The notes below the pieces were generated by a model. It was not told the origin of the DNA and searched no databases. It saw nothing but the letters and a program-made list of their open reading frames with translations. This document shows, piece after piece, positions 1 through 8,679 of a stretch of 64,000 nucleotides of DNA. The position numbers and the translations under genes are program-made. Each line of letters starts with the position of its first letter. Within the stretch, counting starts at the first letter, position 1. Source of the stretch: Candidatus Hydrogenedentota bacterium (GTDB lineage Bacteria > Hydrogenedentota > Hydrogenedentia > Hydrogenedentales > SLHB01); contig CAXXYE010000008.1 of the NCBI GenBank assembly GCA_963674865.2, positions 512,001 to 576,000 of the forward strand, in the 5' to 3' direction.

Positions 1-2175
1 TTTGCCTTGAACTGGTGGCTGCTCCCCGGAAACGCGGCAGCCTTCCACGTCATCAACATGCTTCTGCACGTCGTGAATGGGGTGCTGCTCTACTTGCTGT
101 GCCGCCGCCTTCTTGTTCCCCGCGCCAGTGAAGCGGCCGCGATGTTGGCGGGCTTGCTGTTCGCGGCCCACCCGTTGGCAACCGAGGCCGTCAACTACAT
201 TATCTGCCGTTCGGCGCTGCTGGCCACCATGTTCATGCTTGCCGCCTTGCTGCTTTTTCTGCGGGCCACGGAAAAGGAGGATGGCGCCCAACCCGTTACC
301 TTGGGCCTGTCCGTGTTCTGCTTCGCGCTGGCGTCGTGGAGCAAGGAAACGGCGGTGGTGTTTCCCGCCCTTGTGCTGGCCGTCGACTGGCTCCTGCGCG
401 GCGGGAGGGGATTCGGCAGGCGGGTGGTACTCCATTGCCCTTACTGGGCGCTTCTGTCGGTTCTCATTGCCGTGCGCCTCGCTGCCGGTAGGGACGGCGT
501 GCCCCGTTTGCCCAACCTGCCTCTTGCCGACATCGTGGCCACGCAGAGCGTCGCTTTCGCGAAGTACCTTCGCTTGACGCTGCTGCCCTTTGGATTGAGC
601 GCGGATCATGCGCTGTCCGTGCAGCACGGCTTCATGAGCCCGGAATCTGTTGCCGCGCTGCTGCTTGTCCTGGGCGTGGGATGCCTTAGCGTTATCCTGC
701 TGCTGCGCCGATCGCCGGCCGGCCTGGCCTTGTTCTGGTATCTGATTGTCCTGGCGCCGTCGTCCTTGTTCGCGCCGCCCGACGCGGTAATGGCCGAGCG
801 CCGCGCCTATCTCGCCATTGCCGGCGGGGTCCTCCTGGTGCCGTGGCTAGTGGGCAAAATCAAGCCAAAGCCGCTCCGTGTGGCCATGGGAGTGGCCGCC
901 GGTGTAGCCGTGCTCATCTGCACCGGCGCGACGTTCAGCCGGAATGCAACCTGGCAGAGCCGTGTCAGCCTTTGGGCGGACGCGGCCGACAAATCGCCCC
1001 GCTCCTCAAGGGCCTACGGAAACCTGGGCCGGGCGTTTATCAGGCGGGCGCGTCTTGTTGAATCCGATGCGGCCGAATACGCCGTTCTCGGGGAGCAGGA
1101 TAGCTCCGCGCAGAACGCGCGGGAGGCACAAGACTATCTGAATGCCGCCGAAGACTACTGCCGCAAGGCGGTTCGCCTGGATCCCGGCAACTTCCTGGCC
1201 CGTCTTGACCTGGGCACGGCGCTAAACCTCCTTGAGCGCTATCAGGAGGGAGAGGATGTGTTGCTGGACGCTTTATCCCGGGAGCCGTCCAGCGAGGCGT
1301 GTATGTCCCAACTTCTCTCGACCCTGTCGGCGGAGGCTGGTGTGGCAGATGCCCACGCCGACCAGGTGCGATTAGTGGATTACTACCGCCGGGCCGCCCA
1401 ACTCAAGCCACTATCCGAGGAGCAACTCGCTCGCTACGGCCTTTGTCTGATGTCGGTGGGCGACTTTCGGCGGGCGTCCTCGATCCTGGCGCAGGCCGTC
1501 GACGGCGACGAGTCTTCACCTCATCGGGCCGCGCTCGAGCAAGCGCGCCGGATGGCAAGCGACGTGGCGCGCGTGGAGGCTGAGGTGTGGCGCGGGCGGC
1601 GAGAGCATCCGGCCTCTTCCGCTGAACAGCGTGCAATGGCGCGCACCTACCTGATGGCGGGTCGGCACCTTCAGTGCGCCTACTTGCTGTGGCCGCTGCT
1701 TGAGAACGCGCCGAACGACCCGGAGCTCTGGGTGATGCTAGGTTACACGCGAGCGAAGATGGGAGCCATCGATGCCTTTCTTGCCCGCTGGCCCGCGCCG
1801 CTTGCGGCAAGCCAGGAGCCCAGGCTGCAGTTGGCCCAGGCATGCGCGCGCGGCGGGGCTTGGGATGCCGTCGAGAAGGTGTTGGCGGCCGGCGGCAGTG
1901 GGATGGGTTCCCCCATTACCTTAGGGGCGCTTGCCCTGGACGTGGGGGCGCTGGATCGTGCCGAGAGCTACCTGCGCGAAGCCGGCGCCGCCGACCCGGC
2001 GAATCCCGTGCCCTGGCTCTACCTCTGCGATGTGGCCGTCCAACGCGAAGACGCGGCGGCGGCGGGTGGATACCTCGATGAGGCTGAGGCCCGCAGCGTG
2101 GATCCTGCCGCCGTGTCGGAACTTCGGGCGCGGATCGCGGGACTCAATCCGGCCGGCGGCGGTAGGGCTCTGTGA
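1..2175 (+). CDS. TMTC-like (GT-C fold) membrane glycosyltransferase with C-terminal TPR repeats, 5'-truncated by window edge
   Basis: Frame is open from base 1. Motifs 'FHVINMLLH', 'HPLATEAVNYIICRS', 'SKETA', 'AERRAY' and 'RNATWQSRVSLW' are followed by TPR-like helices. Confidence 0.85.
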   Translation, partial: FALNWWLLPGNAAAFHVINMLLHVVNGVLLYLLCRRLLVPRASEAAAMLAGLLFAAHPLATEAVNYIICRSALLATMFMLAALLLFLRATEKEDGAQPVTLGLSVFCFALASWSKETAVVFPALVLAVDWLLRGGRGFGRRVVLHCPYWALLSVLIAVRLAAGRDGVPRLPNLPLADIVATQSVAFAKYLRLTLLPFGLSADHALSVQHGFMSPESVAALLLVLGVGCLSVILLLRRSPAGLALFWYLIVLAPSSLFAPPDAVMAERRAYLAIAGGVLLVPWLVGKIKPKPLRVAMGVAAGVAVLICTGATFSRNATWQSRVSLWADAADKSPRSSRAYGNLGRAFIRRARLVESDAAEYAVLGEQDSSAQNAREAQDYLNAAEDYCRKAVRLDPGNFLARLDLGTALNLLERYQEGEDVLLDALSREPSSEACMSQLLSTLSAEAGVADAHADQVRLVDYYRRAAQLKPLSEEQLARYGLCLMSVGDFRRASSILAQAVDGDESSPHRAALEQARRMASDVARVEAEVWRGRREHPASSAEQRAMARTYLMAGRHLQCAYLLWPLLENAPNDPELWVMLGYTRAKMGAIDAFLARWPAPLAASQEPRLQLAQACARGGAWDAVEKVLAAGGSGMGSPITLGALALDVGALDRAESYLREAGAADPANPVPWLYLCDVAVQREDAAAAGGYLDEAEARSVDPAAVSELRARIAGLNPAGGGRAL

Positions 2176-2301
2176 GCGGCGTGTGCCGCCCCCCGGCTGG
2201 CGTTCAAAGAGGGAGGCGATAGCGTCGGCTGGATATTTCTACTATCCTATGCGAATGTCCGTCCGGTATGATGCATAATCAAGGATAAGGGAGGCCATGG
2301 G

Positions 2302-2979
2302 ATGGACGAACTGCCGCAGGTATGCTTGAAATTCGCGCTGGCTGTCGTGCTGTCGGGGGTGCTTGGCCTGGAACGCGAGCGAAAGGGCCGTGCGGCGGGA
2401 TTGCGGACGCATGAGCTTGTTTGTCTCGGTGCGACGCTGTTGATGGTTGTGTCGGACATCCTTGCCCGGGAATGGGCTGAGGGTGGGGCGCCTGTGTGGC
2501 TGGACAGAGGCCGCATCGCGGCGGGGATCGTCACCGGCGTCGGCTTCCTGGGGGCCGGCACCATCATGCGCGTCGGGGCGGAGCAGCGCGGCTTGACGAC
2601 GGCGGCCATGATCTGGTTCGTCGCGGCCTTGGGTATTGCCATTGGCGCGGGCTTTTACGTGGTATCCATCATCGCGACGGGATTTGCGCTCGTGGTTGTC
2701 CTCCTGTTCGAAAGAATAGAGCGGGTTATTCCATCCCGGAAGCTCTTCAGCTTGGCGATCCGCGTGCCCAAGGGGCTTGAGGAGTTGCACGTCATCGAAC
2801 GCGCGATTCGGGACGAGGGCTATCAGGTGGCCGCTTCAAGGATAAAGATCTCGGGGGATGGCTCGAAGGTGGATCTCACCTTCGATCTGTATGCCACCTC
2901 GGACGATCGGATTGAACAACTTGCCAAGGTGCTTGCCCAACGCTTTACAACCGCCGAGCGGATTGTGTTTGAGCGGTAG
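2302..2979 (+). CDS. mgtC: MgtC/SapB family membrane protein with ACT-like C-terminus
   Basis: Motifs 'GLERE...AGLRTH', 'RIAAGIVTGVGFLGAG' and 'GLTTAA'. GGGAGG RBS upstream. Confidence 0.9.
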   Translation: MDELPQVCLKFALAVVLSGVLGLERERKGRAAGLRTHELVCLGATLLMVVSDILAREWAEGGAPVWLDRGRIAAGIVTGVGFLGAGTIMRVGAEQRGLTTAAMIWFVAALGIAIGAGFYVVSIIATGFALVVVLLFERIERVIPSRKLFSLAIRVPKGLEELHVIERAIRDEGYQVAASRIKISGDGSKVDLTFDLYATSDDRIEQLAKVLAQRFTTAERIVFER

Positions 2980-3007
2980 CCGAAGCCATCCAGCCGAAGA
3001 GCGGGGA

Positions 3008-4157
3008 ATGTATATGATAGGATTTGCCGTCTTGCTTATGGCATCTCTTGGGAGCGCAGAGGATGCGGCTTCGATGTCGTGCTTTTCCAGGATGCGGAAG
3101 GCGCTGGAACTGTGCCGCGGCGATATCCCGGTCATGGCCCCCGTGGCCGATCAGGCGGCGGCGCGGCTTGCCGAGGGGGGAAACCTCTGGGCCGCCGGCC
3201 AGCCTTCAATGATCAGCGAACTCAGTGGCCGGGCCGGGGGATTCATGATGATCCGGGGACTGGGCGACCGCACGCCCGACGCCGGCGATGTCGTGTTGTT
3301 CACCCTTGAACAAGGCGCAGCCATTCCGCCGCCTGTCTTGGAATCCGGCGCGTTGGTAGTAGTCTTCGGCCCGAGCAAACACGAGGACTTGCCCTGTTTC
3401 GCCGGCCACGCGGAGGAGGCTGGCGTATCGCCGACGTTGGCTGCCGCGATTCCCGCATGGCTTTTCACGGGTGAGTTGGTGGCGGCCCCTGACGCGCCTC
3501 GGCAAGATGCCGGTGATGTATGAGAGCATCGGGACGTATTCCGGCATCCGCCGGATCACGAACTTTGAGAACGGCAAGATCGCCTGGCACAAGCGGCATA
3601 CCGTGCCGTCCGTGGCCGCGGGTGTCGTGGGCAACGCGTTTCTGGATGCGGTAGGCGCGATGTTGAAACGCGTCGAGGCCGAGGAGCGTGCGCAAATCGA
3701 CCTCGCGGGGGCGTGGATCCGGGAGGCGCGCGCCCACGGGAAACGCCTCTTCATGTACAGCATGGGGCATGTGTTTCCCGATGAGGTGGGCAAGACGGCA
3801 ATAGGGGCTATCTTCAAATCCGCCGTGTGGAACGCGGGCTTTCGCCAGTCCGAACTGCCCAACGATACATTCGCGCCGGGGGAAGTGGTAGTTCACATCG
3901 GTTATCAGCACCCGCCCACGAGGCTTTTCGAGCGAGCGCGGCCGGCGGGGGCCAAGGTGATCTATGTCTCGGTGCGTCCCCACCGCGATTTCGTCCATGA
4001 AGAGGGAACCATCTGGATCGACCCGATGTGGCCGTGGAGCGATGCGTGCGTGCCCATCGAAGGATACGAAGTGCCCCTTCTCGCGTCATCGGGGATTGTC
4101 AACGGCGCTATTGCCTGGGAGATCTACCGGCTTGGCGTGGAAGCATCCGGCGAGTAG
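3008..4157 (+). pseudogene. Secreted protein with two SIS-like domains, one frameshift (probably a sequencing artefact)
   Basis: Signal-like N-terminus MYMIGFAVLL. Removing one C from the run at 3486-3489 joins GELVAA to LTRLGKMPVMYES as a single ORF. Confidence 0.65.
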
Positions 4158-4174
4158 CTGATAGCCGGCATGTC

Positions 4175-4674
4175 TCAAGCGGTGGTGCTCTTCCTCCAGA
4201 CGCGCACCCATCCTCCCAGCACCCAGACGTACGTAGCATTCGTATAGGATTCAGAGAAGGTGCCTTCGTAGTCGCGATAGTATCCACGGAACCAGAGCAG
4301 CCCTTTGCGGAAACGCCACGTCCAGAACGCAGCCGTCTCCCAGGCCCGTTGCTTCGTCCGACATGATGGCGTCATGTTTCAGTTTCGTCCTCGGTATGTT
4401 GTCTTCGCCGATGAAGGACCGCGTCGTACTGCGGCCTGAGCACCGACATCGCGACGGCGCGCTGCCTATGCGACAACGCGTCCCATGTGTCTTGGGAGAC
4501 GCACACGAATTGGAAGTGGGTGTCTTTCGGCAGGTGGACATTTTGCGGAAGCCAGTCCGTGACTGTGCGTACCATGGCGCGGTCGGCGAAAATGGCGTAC
4601 GTTGTGAACTCCGCTGCCACAATGAGCAGCACAATGGCGATCATTCCCCTTGGAGATGAACTTCTAGTAGCCAT
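4175..4674 (-). pseudogene. Small hypothetical protein with N-terminal TM helix, broken by two +1 frameshifts
   Basis: Three consecutive frames join (…QYDAV | FIGEDNIP…GDGCVL | TWRFRKGLLWFRGYY…) after deleting one base near 4416 and one near 4322. Confidence 0.5.
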
Positions 4675-4788
4675 GACGTGCTCTACCCCCCCAATTCGGC
4701 AGTCCTCACCAGGTTCTGTAGAGTATACAACACGCGAGGCGAATTGCCTATGCCCGGCACCGGGATGACGCGTTGTCCGCCCGCGGAG

Positions 4789-5444
4789 TCATCCCAGGAG
4801 CCCCAGCAGCTCTTCAGGCCGTTTGACAATCTCGATGGCCCCGTGTTTCCGCAGTTCCCCCTCCTCACGAAAGCCCCACAACGCGCCGACGGGGCATATG
4901 CCCGCGCGAGCCGCCGTCGTCATGTCGACGCCGCTGTCGCCCCAGATAGAGGAACGCCGAAAGCGGAACGTCCAGTCGCCGGGCGATCTCATGGCATCCC
5001 GCGGGATCGGGCTTCAGGGCCTTTCCTGCTCGTTGGCCCAGCACCGCGGCGAACGTCCCAGCCGGAGAGAAGTTCCTGAACGCACTGCTCGGCGAACTCC
5101 TGCGGCTTGTTCGTCAACACGGCCATCTTGACACGCCTTTCGGTGAGGGCGTCGAGCAGTTCCGGGATGCCCTCGTAGGGCCGCGTCTTTGCGTGCCAAT
5201 TGCGGGCGTATTCCTCGCGGAAGGCTTCGAGATATGCCGCGACCCGCGCATCCGCGCGCTCTTCCTCGGGCAGGGCGCGCCACATGAGCATGCGGGCGCC
5301 ATCGCCGACGAAATGGCGGTAGGCGTCCACGGGATGCACTGGAAAACCTTGAGCCCGTAGGACGCAATTCACGGCATCGGCGAGATCCTCGAGGGTGTCG
5401 AGCAATGTACCGTCCAGGTCGAAGATGACCGCCTCAAATCTCAT
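4789..5444 (-). pseudogene. HAD-IA hydrolase (phosphoglycolate phosphatase-like), two +1 frameshifts
   Basis: Motifs 'FDLDGTL', 'LTNK', 'KPDP' and 'GDSGVDM' fall in three frames. Each break is an extra G in a G run (near 5058 and near 4942). Confidence 0.85.
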
Positions 5445-5486
5445 GTGTCTTTCTCTCACTCAGGGATGGTGGGGCGCCGCGCCGCC

Positions 5487-6359
5487 TCAGGGCTTGCGGG
5501 GCTTGATGCCGATCTGACGGGAGATCACGTTGTCTCGGAAGCGATCGGGCAGGAAACGCGCGGCGAAAATGGCCAGTTTGGCGTCTTTGCCGGCGGGATA
5601 GCGTGTCCGGGGCTTCCTGGCCGTGAGGGCATGGGCGACGGTGCGGGCGATGACCTCGGGTGGAACAGCCGACTTTACCGTTTTCCGCACATACTTGCTG
5701 ACGGCGGACACCATGGAGGCGTAGTGCTCTTGAAGCTCCTCGGGCGTGTCTTGATAGAACGCCTCGATGCTCTCCTCCGACTTGTCCCAGATGGGCGTCT
5801 GGACGGTGCCCGGCTCGATGAGCGCCACATGGATGCCCCATTGGCCCAACTCGACGCGCAAGGCGTCCGTGAGCGCTTCCAAAGCGTGTTTGGCGGCCGC
5901 GTAAGGCCCCACCATCGGGAGGGCCAAACGGCCGCTCAGGGAACCCATGTTGACGATCCGGCCCCGTGCCTTGCGAATAAGCGGAAGAAAGGCCTGGGTG
6001 ACGCCCGCCAAACCGAAGACGCTCACCTCGAACTGCTTCCGCAACTCCGCGATAGACACGCACTCGACGGGGCCGGCGACGGCGATGCCCGCGTTATTCA
6101 CCAGGCCGAACAGCCCCGCGTCGCCCAACGCGTCCGCAACGGCCGTGGCCGCGGCTGCGATGGCCTCCGGATCCGTGACATCGAACAAGAGGGGGCTTAT
6201 CCGCCCGCCCGATTCCCGGCTCAACGCATCCGCGTCCGCCTGTTTCCGAACGCTCCCGAAAACGCGGAATCCCAGCCCATCGAGGTGCAACGCGCAGGCC
6301 TTGCCGATGCCCGTCGATGCGCCCGTCACGACAACGGCCCTTTGTGGAGAAGTGCTCAT
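5487..6359 (-). CDS. SDR family NAD(P)-dependent oxidoreductase
   Basis: TGASTGIG, NNAG and YAAAK motifs. Confidence 0.92.
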   Translation of the reverse strand: MSTSPQRAVVVTGASTGIGKACALHLDGLGFRVFGSVRKQADADALSRESGGRISPLLFDVTDPEAIAAAATAVADALGDAGLFGLVNNAGIAVAGPVECVSIAELRKQFEVSVFGLAGVTQAFLPLIRKARGRIVNMGSLSGRLALPMVGPYAAAKHALEALTDALRVELGQWGIHVALIEPGTVQTPIWDKSEESIEAFYQDTPEELQEHYASMVSAVSKYVRKTVKSAVPPEVIARTVAHALTARKPRTRYPAGKDAKLAIFAARFLPDRFRDNVISRQIGIKPRKP

Positions 6360-6481
6360 GCAGTGTTTAGCCTGACTTCCGAGAGAGATCATTTGGTTGA
6401 TTGACGCCTAGATAATACGTAACCGTGCGGTTAGACAGCAAGGGCGTGGGCAACGCATAATGGCCGCGGAGGGAGCGTTTT

Positions 6482-7282
6482 ATGGCGGACTTGAAGAGAT
6501 ATGGGGATTGGGCGTTGGTTACGGGGGCGTCGATGGGGCTGGGCAAGGCGTTTGCGCGAGAGGTCGCCTCGGCGGGGATGAACTGCGTGTTGGTGGGGCT
6601 CGAAGCCGAATTGCTTGAGGGGCTCGCGGGAGAACTCTCGTGGGAGTTCGGCGTTGAATGCCGCTGGTTGGAGCAGGATCTCACCGCCGAGGGATTCATG
6701 ACGCGTATCGAGGAAGCAACGGCGGATATTCCCATCGGACTCCTCATCAACAACGCGGGATTCGGCTGCGGCGGAGACTTCCACACGCGCGATCCGGAGA
6801 AGTTGGCCGGGGTGATCAAGTTGAGTTGCCTCGCGCCCGCCTTGCTGACGCGCGCCTTCCTTCCCGGGATGGTGGAACGCGGCCGGGGCGCGGTGGTGTT
6901 CGTCGCATCGCTGATGGGATTGATCTCGGCGCCCTACGAGGCGACGTATGCGGCAGCCAAGGCGTTTGATCTTCGCTTCGCGGAGGCGCTTTGGGGCGAG
7001 CTTCGGGGGACGGACGTCGACGTGGTCGCCGTGTGCCCCGCAGGCATGAAGACGGCTTTTTTTGAGAAGGACGGCCTGAAAGGGAAGGACCTCGACTTCC
7101 TGCTGCGCGTGTCGGATCCGCCGGAGCGCGTGGCGCGCCGGGCGTTGGCCAAGCTGGGCCGTAAACCGACCACGGCCATGGGCCCGGCATGGCTGGCGGG
7201 CTTCATGACGCGGTTCGCTCCGCGCAGGATGACGATACTGGTGACGCGTTTTGTGATGCGCTGCTTGACGCACTACGACTGA
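6482..7282 (+). CDS. SDR family oxidoreductase (DltE/17-beta-HSD-like)
   Basis: WALVTGASMGLG, NNAG and YAAAK motifs. GGAG RBS. Divergent from the first SDR. Confidence 0.92.
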   Translation: MADLKRYGDWALVTGASMGLGKAFAREVASAGMNCVLVGLEAELLEGLAGELSWEFGVECRWLEQDLTAEGFMTRIEEATADIPIGLLINNAGFGCGGDFHTRDPEKLAGVIKLSCLAPALLTRAFLPGMVERGRGAVVFVASLMGLISAPYEATYAAAKAFDLRFAEALWGELRGTDVDVVAVCPAGMKTAFFEKDGLKGKDLDFLLRVSDPPERVARRALAKLGRKPTTAMGPAWLAGFMTRFAPRRMTILVTRFVMRCLTHYD

Positions 7283-7294
7283 GGCGGCCGGCCG

Positions 7295-8548
7295 TCAGCG
7301 CAGGTTGTGTCCCGCGGGGAGGCCCTGGCGGGCGATGTCCTCGAGGATGTCCGCCGCGCGTTGCGGGCCGTTGCCGGTGCGCACTCCATCGCTGTATCGG
7401 CCACAGGCCTCGGCGTAGCGCGGGTCCTCGATGAGGGCATGAAGGGCGGTGACGAGCTTGTCGCCGCGGACTCGGCGCGGCTTGAACTGGAAGCCGAAGC
7501 CGCGCTTGACGATGAGGTCGGCGTTGATATTCTGCTCGAGGTGGCTCGGGAGAACGATCATGGGCACGCCGGCCTCGACGGCCTGGTACATGGTGCCGTT
7601 GCCCGCGTGGAAGATGATGGCCTTGCAGTGCTTCAGTAGCTGGCGGCCCGGGGCATAGGTGGCGAAGCGGAAGTTGGGCGGCGCCATGGCGATGGTTTCC
7701 GAGTCGGCCTGTCCGCCCGTCGTCACGATGAAGCGATAGGGGGTCTTGCCGAGGGCGGCGTAGGTTCTCCGCAGGAAGGTATCGAGGATGCCCGTGGTGC
7801 CCATCGAGATGTAAATGTTTGTCTGGCCGTCATCAAGCTCCGCGAGCCAGTCCGGCGGGCCGACGGGCGGCTCGGTGAGAACGGGGCCGACCATGTGCCA
7901 ATTATCCCAGCCGCGCGGCATGTCGTAGAATCCTTCCAGATCGGGGGAGAGCAGCGGGATGCTTTTCAGGAGCCGGATGGCGTTGACGGGCTCGACCCCG
8001 TACTTCTTGAAAACGCGGCGGCGGATGCGCGCGAGGTGGAGCGCGTCCCACGTGTAGATCATCGGCCCGAAGATGGAGGTTGGGGCGACAAACTCAGCGG
8101 CGTAGGCATTCATGATCCCGGCCGCGGGCACGCCCGTGATGTAGGCCGCCGTGCTTACGCTGATGGTGGCGTCGCCGATGACGAGGTCGGGCTTCTCCCG
8201 CTGGATGAGTTTGACGTGGCCCTCCAGGATCTCGCCGAGGGGCGCCCACTTGTTGTGCGTATACAAGTCCCAGGCCGTGGCCAGCCACCCGTACTTCTCG
8301 AACCGAGCCCACGCGTAGGCGTAGTTGGGCTCCTTGGCATACAGCAGGGGAAATCCTTGTTCTTGGGCCATGCGGATACGCGAGCGCGGGTTCTCTGGAT
8401 GCTCACCGCCGATGAATACCTCGTGGCCTCTCTCCCGCAGCACTTTCGCCACCTCGACGCACCGGCTCAGGTGTGATAGGAGGTAGCACAGAGGGAAGAA
8501 GATGAATTTCAGGCGGCGTTCCGCGGGCTTGGCAGAAGGAGGGCTCAA
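7295..8548 (-). CDS. GT1/MGT-type UDP-glycosyltransferase
   Basis: N-terminal 'SHLSRC…LRERGHEV' and C-terminal 'HAGNGT…EAGVP…EQ' donor-binding signature. Start codon is approximate. Confidence 0.85.
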   Translation of the reverse strand: MSPPSAKPAERRLKFIFFPLCYLLSHLSRCVEVAKVLRERGHEVFIGGEHPENPRSRIRMAQEQGFPLLYAKEPNYAYAWARFEKYGWLATAWDLYTHNKWAPLGEILEGHVKLIQREKPDLVIGDATISVSTAAYITGVPAAGIMNAYAAEFVAPTSIFGPMIYTWDALHLARIRRRVFKKYGVEPVNAIRLLKSIPLLSPDLEGFYDMPRGWDNWHMVGPVLTEPPVGPPDWLAELDDGQTNIYISMGTTGILDTFLRRTYAALGKTPYRFIVTTGGQADSETIAMAPPNFRFATYAPGRQLLKHCKAIIFHAGNGTMYQAVEAGVPMIVLPSHLEQNINADLIVKRGFGFQFKPRRVRGDKLVTALHALIEDPRYAEACGRYSDGVRTGNGPQRAADILEDIARQGLPAGHNLR

Positions 8549-8679
8549 ACTCGGCCTTTCAATGTGTTCTTGCGCGCGTATCTGTCTAATCGGTCAGAGA
8601 TTAGCGCATTTCGTGTGGCCATTGCACCCATACGCCGTCGGTAGGCCGGATCTGCAAGAACTCCCGGCGAGCAGGACGC

